IMG/VR virus record: IMGVR_UViG_3300033986_000160
Source: an uncultured virus (IMG/VR IMGVR_UViG_3300033986_000160)
Lineage: Duplodnaviria > Heunggongvirae > Uroviricota > Caudoviricetes
Length of the DNA stretch: 60,970 nt
Reading direction: 5' to 3' (one strand)
The translations under genes were made by a program, and so were the position numbers. Under the pieces are notes generated by a model that saw only the letters and a list, made by a program, of their open reading frames with translations, was not told where the DNA came from and did no database searches. Shown piece after piece: positions 10,299 through 20,786 of the stretch (its first letter is position 1; each line of letters starts with the position of its first letter).

Positions 10299-13200
10299 GT
10301 GGCAGACTATAGAAAAAGCACTTCCCTGTTCTCTAAATACAGAGATCCGGGAGGTATTAGCACAGGCGAGCTATTAGACAGATATTACAACATTCCCGAA
10401 GGCAGGACTACAGCTCCCCTGTCTTACCTTGATAATGTCGATTTTCCGCATAGGATATTCGATTTCCATTATAACTTCAGACTTGGCGATTGTCAGTTCA
10501 AGATCCCTCCGGAATTCATACAGGTAAAGACAATTACCGAAACAAATTCCGTTGTAGGAATTAGACAGTCTACTTCGCTAAAAACCAAATCCGGGTATAG
10601 CCGTAAACAGATCGTTATTACTCTGTTTTTCAACGGACTTAACCAGATCAACGGATATAAATGTGAATCGCCTTTTTCATATCCTTACTACATGGACGGT
10701 CTCCGGAGTCTTCTTGCTCAATTCAAGAGGACCCCGTTCCTTCCTGTTGTAAATGAACTTATTAATGGAGTACATGGAATATACAATGTAGCATTATCAA
10801 ACATTACAATCAACACCGTACAGGGGTTTCCTGAATGTCTCCAGGCGGAACTCACGTTGCTTGACTTTAACGTCGTACCGTTGATTGAAGCTCCTCCTTT
10901 TATGTATCATAACATGATAGACTGGGATATGTTCAGATGGTACTATCAGCAATTACTTCGCCCTGATGACAGGGTATACGACAGGAACGAACATGCTACA
11001 ACAAGACTTCAGCCGATACAGAATACAAACCTTACAGGTAAGTTCGGATTGTATATATTAAGCGAAGAAGCTCTTGCTGCAATGAACGACGGAAAGTACA
11101 AGCCAGACCTAAGCGACAGCAGTAACTATATACTGTGTGTTGACGACGAAACCGGTATACGCCTGACAGATATATTCTGCGGTTACTCAAACGTGCTTCC
11201 TGCAATACAGTTAAGCAAAGAAGGGACGCCTACGTATCAGTATCTTGGAGGTACAGATGCGACGTTTACCTTTATATTTGAAACTCAGGACAGAGATGTC
11301 GTTACGGCTCTGGTTGACTTAAATGAACGATGCCAGAGGATGGTAAGGGAGTACCGCAAACTTCACGGCCTCGGCTTCATCAAAATAGAGAACGAATTAG
11401 TGCAAATGCTCGGTGCACAGTATGTCATGTTCAATACAATGGACATCACTACTGTGCCCGACTTCCCAGATTTGTTTAGAATACAGATAGAGGCTGTAAG
11501 TTACGATATTGACCAGAGTAAGAAAGAAACATTGACTGGCATGAAGCCTTTCGATGGCGATGGCACATTGCTTGCCAGAAAAGTAGGTACAACCTATGAT
11601 TGGACTGAAGTCGCAGAACCAAACACAACCATCACTAACACTTATATGGGTCTTATCACAAAGATCCGGCAGGACAATTACATAGAACACAAGATGAAGC
11701 TCATGGACCTTTATCCGGACCTTCAGCTACCTACGTTTGAAGAATTGGATGATTTTATCACAACCATAAGAGAATGGAGAAGGAGTAAGGGGCTTCAGGC
11801 ATATCCTTTGTCTGGACCGTACCCGAAAGACGACGGTAGAATTAAATTCTCAGATCCTGATTTCTACGTTTTCTACCCTATTAAATACGGAGACGCACAG
11901 AATATTATAACAGGAACCGGAGGAAATGTAGGAGGAGAAACTTACGATCCTGATGACGGTGCAATTTCAGTTGCCGGTATATTCAAGTCTGGATTGTATG
12001 GTGCAACAGAAACTACGCCCGGACAGCACCCAAAGACACAAGAATTGCTTAAACTTCTTGAGAGCAAAATAGGATGCGGATATGTATGGGGTGCTGAAGG
12101 AGAGATTCTTACTCAGGAAGGTCTTGCTGCCTTAAAGAAGCAATTTGGAGCAAGTCATTATGATTTTGTTGATGATGATGGCACTCGTGTTCTTGCAAGT
12201 AAATGGATAGGTAAACAGGTGTTCGACTGCTCTGGATTTATTAACTGGGGGCTTATCCAGGTTGGAATTGCTCCAAAAGGATACAGAACCACACATTCAA
12301 CTACTTTTAATGACTGGTGTATCGAAATCAAAAAGAGCGAAATACTCCCTGGCGATATAGCCATGAATTCAACCCATATCGCAATGATATCTGATCCTGA
12401 CAAAGATCAAACAATCGAGGCTATGGGTACACGGTACGGTGTTGTTCACGGAAAGATAGGGAATAGATTCACAAAGTTTGGAAGACTAAAAGGCGGAAAG
12501 ACAAAGAGCTCAACAACTCCAACACCGAATGCCGCAACTCAACAGGTTAGCAAGGCACAGACTACAGATTACAATGCAAAGCGTGATGCTTATAACCCGA
12601 CATACCAGGCAATTTACGATTATGCAAACATACAGTGCACAAAGCTCGGCGTTCCAATTCGTCTAATGTGTGCAATGATGGAGATAGAAAGTAATTGGAC
12701 ACAATGGTGGACGACAGCAGGGAAGAAAGCGGATGGCAAGTACCATAACGCAGGAGATGTTGTAAGGTCTTACGCAAATGCTGTTGGTATCTGCCAAATT
12801 GTGCACCATAGTCCTAACGGTACTCCTGTCAATAATCAATACGATTATGACAAACTGCAAAATGACTGGAGATATAATATAGAGTGCGGGGCCAAAGAAC
12901 TTTATGAATGCTATAAGGGGGCATCACAAAGATTTACAAATGAAGAAGACCGAGCAAGAGCTGCATGGTGTGCATATAACATGGGGCGTTATGCAAGTCA
13001 GAGCTATACAAGATGGAGAGATAACCCTAACAGGGATGATATAAAGTTTAAGGAATATTATGAGAAGCAACCCTGGTTATCGAGAATTGACACCGCAAAG
13101 ATTCCGACTTCCAATGGGACAGATTACACTGGAAGCGTAGAAGTTCCAGAAACCGACCTTAGTGTTACAAACAACTTTGCAAGTCTTAACTTCAACAGGG

Positions 13201-15929
13201 AGGAATTCGGCAAAGATATACGCAGACTGTCCGACATCCACGGCGGTGTAAAAGAAACCAAGAACTTTAACGGCCATAAACAAGACAAATATCCTATTGA
13301 GCATATGTGTCATGATATGACCCAGTACAATAAACGTGGAAGACTCCTTAGAGCATTCCCGACATTTATATTTATGATGCTTGATGAAAACGGGGATTGG
13401 CTTGATGGAAAGAAATTGTGGACTAACTATTATTTCTATAGATCCATTATGGATATCCAGATTCATCAGGACAGGAAACAGCCCGTACATACTGCTATAA
13501 TTAAGATCAGCAATGTGTACAACAACCTGGGAAAATCACCACCAAGGGAGTACGACTGGGTAAAAGAACAGATGGGTGGAGGTATACAGGGATGGTTGTA
13601 TGAAACCTTTGGTATTCAGGTTGGAACACCAAAGGCAACACAATCAATGGTTGAGAACAAGAACAAGGTTTTAAAACATGTTTACCTTGATGCAGGATGT
13701 AGAATTCATTTGAGAATTGGATACGGAAATGATGCCGAGATGCTGCCAATAACATTTACCGGCCAAATAACCGAAATGGATACTGCTGAAATCATTACAT
13801 TTGTAGCCCAGAGTGACGGTGTCGAACTTATTAATAGAGCTGTAGGGACAAACAACAAGAGTCAAACCAACACGCTGTTTAACATAGGCACAGAGCCTTC
13901 AAATATCATTAAGTCCTTGCTGTGTGACCGTGAGAGCGATTTCATATCATGGTGTAACCACAAATGGTACGAGAACAGCAAGTATGGTATTCAGCATTTT
14001 GGAACTCCTACATTGGTTGATGACACCGGTTTTGTCAAGTTTAACATTGACAGGTTTGTTGATGTTAGTATGAACATGGCTTTTGATACTGAAACAATGA
14101 AAATGGTTCAGGCAATTAAGGCCGAGAAAAATCCTATGGCGGCTATAGGAGAATACTTTGAACAGACATTTAAAGACTGGAAATGGACAGATCCTTCTAC
14201 ATGGTGGGAATCGTTCAAGAACATGTTCAAAGTTTTAGCCGCACTCACTCTTGAAGCCGGTATGAAGTTGGAGCTCAGTGTCGGACAGGCGATAGTTGAT
14301 TTTGTTGCCGGTAACTACAAAAACATGTCGTGGCCTGAGTATTATGACATCATCAAGAACATTTATCTTGGAGGCGTCAAGGGTGATGAAAAAAGGATGG
14401 AGGACTATGCCGCTATCCATATGAACCTTAATGGTAAATTGGCGATTGATCCGTTTGACGGCGAGGAAAATTTACGTGTGTTTATTTATAACAAATGTGT
14501 ATGGGATATCATGCAGGTTGTAACACAGTCAATTCCTGAATTTGTATGCCAACCAATGTATCATCAGTTTGAAACAAGAGTATTCTTTGGTCATCCTTTT
14601 TGGCTCGCAAAATACAAATACTATTACGATGCCAAAGATAGGAAGATATACGAACATGAGAAACCTTTTACTCAGTTTCATCTGTATGATTCGTTGAGTG
14701 ACATTATAGATAACCAAATCAAGGCTGATGGCAGGGGGCTTGCTACTAACATTATTGGTATGTATACACTTGGCCATAGCTTAAAGACAACACCCACTAT
14801 ATTCGCAGACAAGACGATTGCGTGGGACTATCAGAAAACAAGGGTTATTGATACATCGTTTGTTCAGAACTGGTTTGGGCCGGATATGTTGTACGAGTTT
14901 TTTGACGACTATAAGGCAGAGCGTACAGCAATCAGGATATGCACATCAAACCTGATAGACGGCTTCCAGTGTATTTACAAAGGCCCACTGATAGTAATAG
15001 GTGATTCCAGTGTAAAACCGTGCGATATCATAGGAATAACCGATAGCTACACTGGTATGTACGGATTAGCAGAGGTAAGGGAGGTATCACACTCGTTTAG
15101 TGTGGATACAGGATTTGTAACATCCATAACTCCAGACCTATATACAACCGGTGCTGGGTTTATGATGAAGCAGGATGCTCAGAGCGTATTCTTATCTCTT
15201 GCGATGGGATTTGGTGGTATTGTAGCACAACGTTCAGCAGGTATATTTGCTGCAAATACAGCCGTAAGATATGCGGCTGCCGGTACTGGAGTTGCTATAG
15301 GGCTTGTTGCAATACGGGTTGGTGGACTGATAATCGATGGGTTCAGGACTGGGCGAATACTCCTTAATGTCAAGGATTTTGCAGACACATTAAAGACAGC
15401 CAAAGAGATAAAGAACCTTACGAAAACGATTAAAGAAGTCAAGAACATAAAAACAGCCGTCAATGTTGCAAAACAGGCTGGCATGGCAGCAAAGTCAATA
15501 CAGGCTGAAGCTGCATTGCTCGGCACTGAGATACTCCCAGGTATAGGTACTATCGTCCTGTGGCTTGCAGCTACGATCGCAACCGAATGTCTATTAAAGG
15601 CAGTAGTTGACTTCTTTAGCTATCAGAACTGCATTAAGTGTTTCCCGCTCTTATATAATGGCAAACCATTTATAGCAGGAGTTAAAGGACACACACAACT
15701 CATACCTGGATACAACGACATGGGTATGCTGGCTGACGACACAAGCAAGCCAATAGAAGAAGGTATTGAGATTGAAGGCGAATATGCAAACAGCTCTGCC
15801 GGCACAGCATCTGGTGGTTATGACGATGGACTTGGTTATACTGAAGGTCCTAAGATGAGCGGCGGCCCAATTGATGGTGCAAAGCCTGGAGAAGATGGCT
15901 ATATGCCTGGTGCAGGATTATACGCATAG
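10299..15929 (+). CDS. Baseplate hub / tail-associated lysin with NlpC/P60 peptidase and lytic transglycosylase domains
   Basis: NlpC/P60: KIGCGYVWGAEG...FDCSGFINWG...PGDI...THIAM. SLT: MMEIESNW...AVGICQI...YNIECGAKEL...AYNMG. Hub-like segments GCRIHLRIGYG...FTGQITE and IGDSSVKPCDII...VSHSFS. C-terminal hydrophobic segments. Confidence 0.8.
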   Translation: MADYRKSTSLFSKYRDPGGISTGELLDRYYNIPEGRTTAPLSYLDNVDFPHRIFDFHYNFRLGDCQFKIPPEFIQVKTITETNSVVGIRQSTSLKTKSGYSRKQIVITLFFNGLNQINGYKCESPFSYPYYMDGLRSLLAQFKRTPFLPVVNELINGVHGIYNVALSNITINTVQGFPECLQAELTLLDFNVVPLIEAPPFMYHNMIDWDMFRWYYQQLLRPDDRVYDRNEHATTRLQPIQNTNLTGKFGLYILSEEALAAMNDGKYKPDLSDSSNYILCVDDETGIRLTDIFCGYSNVLPAIQLSKEGTPTYQYLGGTDATFTFIFETQDRDVVTALVDLNERCQRMVREYRKLHGLGFIKIENELVQMLGAQYVMFNTMDITTVPDFPDLFRIQIEAVSYDIDQSKKETLTGMKPFDGDGTLLARKVGTTYDWTEVAEPNTTITNTYMGLITKIRQDNYIEHKMKLMDLYPDLQLPTFEELDDFITTIREWRRSKGLQAYPLSGPYPKDDGRIKFSDPDFYVFYPIKYGDAQNIITGTGGNVGGETYDPDDGAISVAGIFKSGLYGATETTPGQHPKTQELLKLLESKIGCGYVWGAEGEILTQEGLAALKKQFGASHYDFVDDDGTRVLASKWIGKQVFDCSGFINWGLIQVGIAPKGYRTTHSTTFNDWCIEIKKSEILPGDIAMNSTHIAMISDPDKDQTIEAMGTRYGVVHGKIGNRFTKFGRLKGGKTKSSTTPTPNAATQQVSKAQTTDYNAKRDAYNPTYQAIYDYANIQCTKLGVPIRLMCAMMEIESNWTQWWTTAGKKADGKYHNAGDVVRSYANAVGICQIVHHSPNGTPVNNQYDYDKLQNDWRYNIECGAKELYECYKGASQRFTNEEDRARAAWCAYNMGRYASQSYTRWRDNPNRDDIKFKEYYEKQPWLSRIDTAKIPTSNGTDYTGSVEVPETDLSVTNNFASLNFNREEFGKDIRRLSDIHGGVKETKNFNGHKQDKYPIEHMCHDMTQYNKRGRLLRAFPTFIFMMLDENGDWLDGKKLWTNYYFYRSIMDIQIHQDRKQPVHTAIIKISNVYNNLGKSPPREYDWVKEQMGGGIQGWLYETFGIQVGTPKATQSMVENKNKVLKHVYLDAGCRIHLRIGYGNDAEMLPITFTGQITEMDTAEIITFVAQSDGVELINRAVGTNNKSQTNTLFNIGTEPSNIIKSLLCDRESDFISWCNHKWYENSKYGIQHFGTPTLVDDTGFVKFNIDRFVDVSMNMAFDTETMKMVQAIKAEKNPMAAIGEYFEQTFKDWKWTDPSTWWESFKNMFKVLAALTLEAGMKLELSVGQAIVDFVAGNYKNMSWPEYYDIIKNIYLGGVKGDEKRMEDYAAIHMNLNGKLAIDPFDGEENLRVFIYNKCVWDIMQVVTQSIPEFVCQPMYHQFETRVFFGHPFWLAKYKYYYDAKDRKIYEHEKPFTQFHLYDSLSDIIDNQIKADGRGLATNIIGMYTLGHSLKTTPTIFADKTIAWDYQKTRVIDTSFVQNWFGPDMLYEFFDDYKAERTAIRICTSNLIDGFQCIYKGPLIVIGDSSVKPCDIIGITDSYTGMYGLAEVREVSHSFSVDTGFVTSITPDLYTTGAGFMMKQDAQSVFLSLAMGFGGIVAQRSAGIFAANTAVRYAAAGTGVAIGLVAIRVGGLIIDGFRTGRILLNVKDFADTLKTAKEIKNLTKTIKEVKNIKTAVNVAKQAGMAAKSIQAEAALLGTEILPGIGTIVLWLAATIATECLLKAVVDFFSYQNCIKCFPLLYNGKPFIAGVKGHTQLIPGYNDMGMLADDTSKPIEEGIEIEGEYANSSAGTASGGYDDGLGYTEGPKMSGGPIDGAKPGEDGYMPGAGLYA

Positions 15930-15973
15930 CATAACTATAAAATTTATGGTATGATGATTACGGGGGTGTAATT

Positions 15974-16354
15974 GTGAGTTTAAAAGAATTCATTCAAAAA
16001 GAGATTGTTCAACCACAACTCGATAATTACCATCAACCTGTCAAAGCTAAAGTATTAGGCTACAATGAAGTCATGAACCGTGCGACGATCCAGTACAAGG
16101 ATTCATTTCAGCCGAACGGTTATACAGTATTAAGTGATGTGCCAGTCCAGTTAGGTTCCGGCGGGGTTCATTCCGCCGGACCATTCTACGGGGACGAGGT
16201 ATGGGTAACTTTCCTTGGAGGAGATGTTAAGCGACCAACAATTGTTGCTCTTGTTGATGAAGGTTATGCACAAAGAACAAGAGCTCAAAGATATAAACAT
16301 TCACGAAAGGGATCTTATATTGCAGATTCCATATGTGGCAGGGAGGATTGGTGA
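15974..16354 (+). CDS. Baseplate spike OB-fold domain protein (gp5/gpV/VgrG N-terminal-like)
   Basis: Motif DVPVQLGSGG...PFYGDEVWVTFLGGDVKRPTIV; follows the hub gene. Confidence 0.7.
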   Translation: MSLKEFIQKEIVQPQLDNYHQPVKAKVLGYNEVMNRATIQYKDSFQPNGYTVLSDVPVQLGSGGVHSAGPFYGDEVWVTFLGGDVKRPTIVALVDEGYAQRTRAQRYKHSRKGSYIADSICGREDW

Positions 16355-16355
16355 T

Positions 16356-16910
16356 ATGGGTGTGTACAAGTCAAGTAATACAATTCCAGGAACAAGTGAC
16401 TGGTTGCAACCATCCAGCAACTTAATTCGTGGAAAGGACGATAATCCTTTAGCCGATCTTGACGCAAAGACTTCCTGGATTGGCCACCATTCACAATCAG
16501 AACCCGGTCTTGTCCATCCTTTTACAACATCTGTTGTAAAAATGAGGGATAATGGAATGATTGATATATTTGTATCAACAAACCAAGGAATCAGGGTAGA
16601 TCCAAACACACGTTCTATTACAATTATGGTTGACAACACAAAGATTAGAACACATGATTACAGAGCGTGGGTTGAGAATCACAGCATCACAAACGTAAGA
16701 AAGAACTTTGAAGCCAATGCTGATGTTAATATTAACCTTAATGCAAAGAAGGATATTAACATGAAGGCCAATGGTAAATGGAATGTAAACATTGTTGGTG
16801 ATGTCAATATCCATACAGACAGCAACTTGAATGTAAGTGCTAACGGAAAGATGACATTCAAGGCCGGAGGGGATATAGACTTTAGCGGATCAAGGTATAT
16901 CTGGAGGTAA
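16356..16910 (+). CDS. Baseplate spike beta-helix protein
   Basis: ATG at 16356 with GGGAGG RBS (ORF track start 16215 is probably too long). 8-residue beta-strand repeats (VNINLNAKKDINMKANGKWNVNIVGDVNI...). Confidence 0.7.
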   Translation: MGVYKSSNTIPGTSDWLQPSSNLIRGKDDNPLADLDAKTSWIGHHSQSEPGLVHPFTTSVVKMRDNGMIDIFVSTNQGIRVDPNTRSITIMVDNTKIRTHDYRAWVENHSITNVRKNFEANADVNINLNAKKDINMKANGKWNVNIVGDVNIHTDSNLNVSANGKMTFKAGGDIDFSGSRYIWR

Positions 16911-16912
16911 CC

Positions 16913-17281
16913 ATGAGTTATGCGTGTGTAATTGGTGCCGGCATGAGTGGTTCTGTTCCTCATCATGCCGAGCACATTATAGGATGGACCGGAGGAAAAT
17001 ATCCAAGTCCCATATATTGCAACGGACATAGTGTTACAGGAAACAACGACACAGCAGGACAAAACAAAATGACTATTGAAGGTAAACTTGCAATTGTCGT
17101 TGGAGGATCTGGCCCGTCAACAGATCAGTGTGACGGAAGTCGATTCAGTAATACCGAAGGGTGCCCGTTCATGTTTATTCAAGGCAAACCTCTTGTGCTT
17201 ACCGGGAATAAGGTAGACCTATACCCTGGCACAGGCAAGATGGTGTCCGCAAATCAAAGTAAATTCATTGTATTGAGGTGA
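16913..17281 (+). CDS. PAAR-like spike tip protein
   Basis: 122 aa, His/Cys-rich, with repeats TIEGKLAIVVG and FIQGKPLVLTGN; sits between the spike and gp25-like genes. Confidence 0.7.
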   Translation: MSYACVIGAGMSGSVPHHAEHIIGWTGGKYPSPIYCNGHSVTGNNDTAGQNKMTIEGKLAIVVGGSGPSTDQCDGSRFSNTEGCPFMFIQGKPLVLTGNKVDLYPGTGKMVSANQSKFIVLR

Positions 17282-17285
17282 TATT

Positions 17286-17684
17286 ATGTCAAGAGATGCT
17301 GTAGACTTATTCCTTTCTCCAGACGGTGACCTTGTAATATCAGGATCTGATTTCAAACTGGCTGAAGGCGACGAGTTCCTTTTACAGTCTGCACGGAATA
17401 GAATAAAATCGATTAAGAAAGATTGGTTCTATGACAATATTGGTGCCGATATGGAGGAAATCCTCGGCGAACCGAATACAAGAGAAGTTTCAGAAGTCGG
17501 AAAAGGTAAGATTATAGAAGCCCTTACATGCGACGGATTGTTCAGTTCGGATGAGATATACATTAAAGCTGCACCGACAAGCAGGAATGCAATTTTATAC
17601 ATTGTAGTCCTAAAGACAAAATCAGGTTCGCCAATAGTGTTAAACGTAACTCTTGACCTTGCAAAAGGTGTAACCTTATTATAG
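17286..17684 (+). CDS. Baseplate wedge protein, gp25/XkdS-like
   Basis: DGDLVI...LLQSARNRI...DWFYDNIGADMEEILGEPN pattern, size and synteny. Confidence 0.7.
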   Translation: MSRDAVDLFLSPDGDLVISGSDFKLAEGDEFLLQSARNRIKSIKKDWFYDNIGADMEEILGEPNTREVSEVGKGKIIEALTCDGLFSSDEIYIKAAPTSRNAILYIVVLKTKSGSPIVLNVTLDLAKGVTLL

Positions 17685-17695
17685 GGGGTTAAAAT

Positions 17696-18517
17696 ATGCA
17701 ACTGTTAATGAAAAAGTCAATGGAGGACTTAATGGCTATATCGATGGAACGATTGGCCAAAACTCCAATTAACGAAGTCAGCAAGGGTGGAGTAGCAAGA
17801 CTGTTTCTTGCCGTTATCAATGAAAATACGGCAGGATTTTACGAAGCCCTTGAAGTAAATCATCTTAGGGCATTTCTGTCTACAGCAGATGATGAAGGAC
17901 TTGACGCTATTGGTTACACGCTTTCATGCCCAAGAAACAGCGGCGAAGATACAGAAGCGTACAGATTTAGAATAAGCCAGCAATGCTTATCGCTTGCTTC
18001 CTCAAATGAAACTGCTGTTCGTCTTGCTGTCCTCTCCGTTCCTGATGTACAAGATGTTGTAATGAAACGGTACACGATGGGGACTGGCTCATTTAGCATC
18101 TTTGTAGTTACAGCGACCGCAATTACTCCGCCTGAAACCATTAAGGCAATTGAAGCTGCTGTAGATAAAGCAGTAGGATATGGAATTAAATTCAACGTAT
18201 CTGCTGCCGGCTATGTGCCTGTAGAAATAAAGGTTAAATTGATGTTTTCAAGTTCAACAGACCTTGCTACCCAGCAAGCAGCAAAAACCCAGGTAACTAC
18301 AGCATTAAGGGACTATTTAAACTCCAGAAGTATAGGTGAACCTCTCATAATCAACGAGATCACCCAGAGAATTATGGATGTTTCTGAGGACATTATCAAT
18401 TACCAATTATACGAGCTGTACGTAAACGGCAAGAGAGTATTGAACAAAGACCAGAACTGCAAATGGAATGAGAGATTCTGCGAAAGTCCTAAACCTAACG
18501 CCATAGTAGTGTCGTAG
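17696..18517 (+). CDS. Baseplate J-like wedge protein
   Basis: FLSTADDEGLD...EDTEAYRFRI...AVLSVPDVQDV...GTGSFSIFV motifs; follows the gp25-like gene. Confidence 0.8.
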   Translation: MQLLMKKSMEDLMAISMERLAKTPINEVSKGGVARLFLAVINENTAGFYEALEVNHLRAFLSTADDEGLDAIGYTLSCPRNSGEDTEAYRFRISQQCLSLASSNETAVRLAVLSVPDVQDVVMKRYTMGTGSFSIFVVTATAITPPETIKAIEAAVDKAVGYGIKFNVSAAGYVPVEIKVKLMFSSSTDLATQQAAKTQVTTALRDYLNSRSIGEPLIINEITQRIMDVSEDIINYQLYELYVNGKRVLNKDQNCKWNERFCESPKPNAIVVS

Positions 18518-18529
18518 GAGGGATGCAAG

Positions 18530-19618
18530 ATGGATACTAAATTTGCAAAGTACACAAAGAAGATCATCAATGCTTTGCCTTTCTGGTTTTCAATAAAGAA
18601 GAAACCACAAGAGGCTATAGGATCTTACTTTCTTGAAGTTACAGGTCTTGAAATGGATGAAATGGAATACATATTAAACTATGCATATCAGCAGACAAAC
18701 CTACGCACTATTGATGAGAAATTTCTTGATATTATTTATAAAGGAGTTCTACCTAAATACATAACTGCTGATAATGAGCTTGAAGTTTATACAGAATCCA
18801 GCGTCGTATTAAAATACGCACCGACTGTTACCGATTTTTATTTATCAGCCAATTCAAGCACAATGATCAATCCAGAACTGTACTGGGACGACCTATACTA
18901 CATAGATTATGAACATCAGTTTATCTATAGCAAGAAACAGTATAACGGCACGTTGCTGATGAAAATTGACGGCGGTGAGGAGTACGAAATACAGCTACAA
19001 CTTCATAATGTATGGAATTTCTTTGATGAGTTTGGCATGCTGTTATGTACGCCAAGGCTGTATGGTGAGAACAACTCCGAATATAAACAAAGGCTTCTCG
19101 ATGTATTCAAGAATAAAGCCAATGCCTCAAAGGACGGACTGCTAAACGGTATCGCAAGAGAGCTTGGTTTAAGACGTGAGATTATGATAGAAGATGCGTC
19201 GCAGCCTACATTGATTACAGATCCAATGATTGTCCTGAATGAAATCAAGTTAAATGGCCAGTTCATTGACCTTGATAGCGTGTACATCACAGAAGACAAC
19301 TTTGTCTATATAGAAGGCAATCCGTTGTGGATTGGAACCCCGGCAACGATATCCTATGTAAGCGGCATAGAAATGCATACGCTTCATAATCATGACGACC
19401 ACAAGCTCCGACAAAGGCTGTTCAACGTTGACAATACAGGTACAAATTTGTTAAAATATTATGCAGGAAGAATCAGATCTGAAGTTCCTATCATGTGGGG
19501 GCAATGGAGATGGAACGAAGGATATTGGGATATAGCCGACGAGGATATGAGCGGCTATGGATATATACCGAACATTATAGACTCAAAAATAACAGGGTTT
19601 AAAGCATACAGCAAATGA
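18530..19618 (+). CDS. Baseplate wedge/tail protein (gpI-like)
   Basis: FDEFGMLL...RLYGENNSEYKQRLL...KDGLLNGI motif and synteny after the J-like gene. Confidence 0.55.
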   Translation: MDTKFAKYTKKIINALPFWFSIKKKPQEAIGSYFLEVTGLEMDEMEYILNYAYQQTNLRTIDEKFLDIIYKGVLPKYITADNELEVYTESSVVLKYAPTVTDFYLSANSSTMINPELYWDDLYYIDYEHQFIYSKKQYNGTLLMKIDGGEEYEIQLQLHNVWNFFDEFGMLLCTPRLYGENNSEYKQRLLDVFKNKANASKDGLLNGIARELGLRREIMIEDASQPTLITDPMIVLNEIKLNGQFIDLDSVYITEDNFVYIEGNPLWIGTPATISYVSGIEMHTLHNHDDHKLRQRLFNVDNTGTNLLKYYAGRIRSEVPIMWGQWRWNEGYWDIADEDMSGYGYIPNIIDSKITGFKAYSK

Positions 19619-19637
19619 TGTCTAAACGACATCGCAC

Positions 19638-19665
19638 AAGACTGTCGTTACCACATGACAGTCTT
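19638..19665 (+). terminator. Intergenic hairpin, possible terminator or processing site
   Basis: aagactgtcgt-taccac-atgacagtctt stem followed by an AT-rich tract. Confidence 0.4.
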
Positions 19666-19691
19666 AAATTTTATTAGGGGGTTAAAAAGGT

Positions 19692-20771
19692 ATGTTTGTT
19701 ATAGAATACACTCTTAAACTAACCACCTTTGTGAAGGCAACCCTTGAAATGCATTACTTCACAAGGACTGAGCAATTCGAGGTTAATAAAAATATCGAGG
19801 AAGCATACAATAACGAAATCCTCTTAAAAGCCGGAAACATTCTTAATTACTTCGAAAACGAGATAAAACAATACCTGGAAGAAAACTGGCTTACAATAGA
19901 GCAAATTGAAGTTGAAACTTATGAAGTAATATCAAACACTCCTGGTGTCGAAGTTTACTTTAAAAATCCAGAAGGCGACAACCTATTTACTTTGTCCCCT
20001 AACCTTATAGGATTCGTAGTAAAACCCCCTGTCGTAATTCCTGTACCAACAAACTTCAAAGGTACGCTTATTGACGACACAACTATACAATGGACATGGG
20101 ATGCAGATAGCGAAGCTAAATACGGACATTTCTTGCTTAACGACAAAGGAGAAATCATAGCTCAGATACCGGTAAGTATCCATTCGTATATCGAAAGTCT
20201 TTTGGAATACGACACAAATTATACAAGGATGCTTGTTAAGTACAACGACGAAGGAACGTCCGAGCCAGCCGGCCCCATAACCGTAAAAACAAACGAAAAA
20301 AAGACTGTACCAAGCAACCTGAAAAGGTATATAATAAAACCAAGGGACGAATATAGCGAGGAGATATTGGAAAAGGTAACGGAAAACATTGAAGCATTTC
20401 AGTCCGGAATTGGTCATGGACTTGATTTAATGGTTGACAAGACAAAAGATGATACCTTTCACACTGTCTTCACATTGAGTTCGTATTTGTACGGAACAAG
20501 AACTTATCAAGAACCAGTATACGGTCCGATCCCCTTTAATTATTCCATAACGGCAAAAGGAGAAAAACCTGAACTTCACAAAGAAGGTAGCGTAAGATTT
20601 GTGTTATCTGCATATAAATTCTGTGATATTGACATCTCCTCCGTTGGAAAGATCTATGAACCGATAGATGTCAAATGGAGAGCTGGAGTAGATATATCAT
20701 ACGAATATGTAGATCCTGCCAAACTCCAGGCATTACAGTCACAAGTCGACGAATACTACGAAATAAGCTAA
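19692..20771 (+). CDS. Structural protein with an FN3-like domain
   Basis: PVPTNFKGTLIDDTTIQWTW...YIESLLEYDTNYTR...YNDEGTSEP...VKT is an FN3 pattern. Confidence 0.6.
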   Translation: MFVIEYTLKLTTFVKATLEMHYFTRTEQFEVNKNIEEAYNNEILLKAGNILNYFENEIKQYLEENWLTIEQIEVETYEVISNTPGVEVYFKNPEGDNLFTLSPNLIGFVVKPPVVIPVPTNFKGTLIDDTTIQWTWDADSEAKYGHFLLNDKGEIIAQIPVSIHSYIESLLEYDTNYTRMLVKYNDEGTSEPAGPITVKTNEKKTVPSNLKRYIIKPRDEYSEEILEKVTENIEAFQSGIGHGLDLMVDKTKDDTFHTVFTLSSYLYGTRTYQEPVYGPIPFNYSITAKGEKPELHKEGSVRFVLSAYKFCDIDISSVGKIYEPIDVKWRAGVDISYEYVDPAKLQALQSQVDEYYEIS

Positions 20772-20786
20772 TGGAGGTATAGATAG

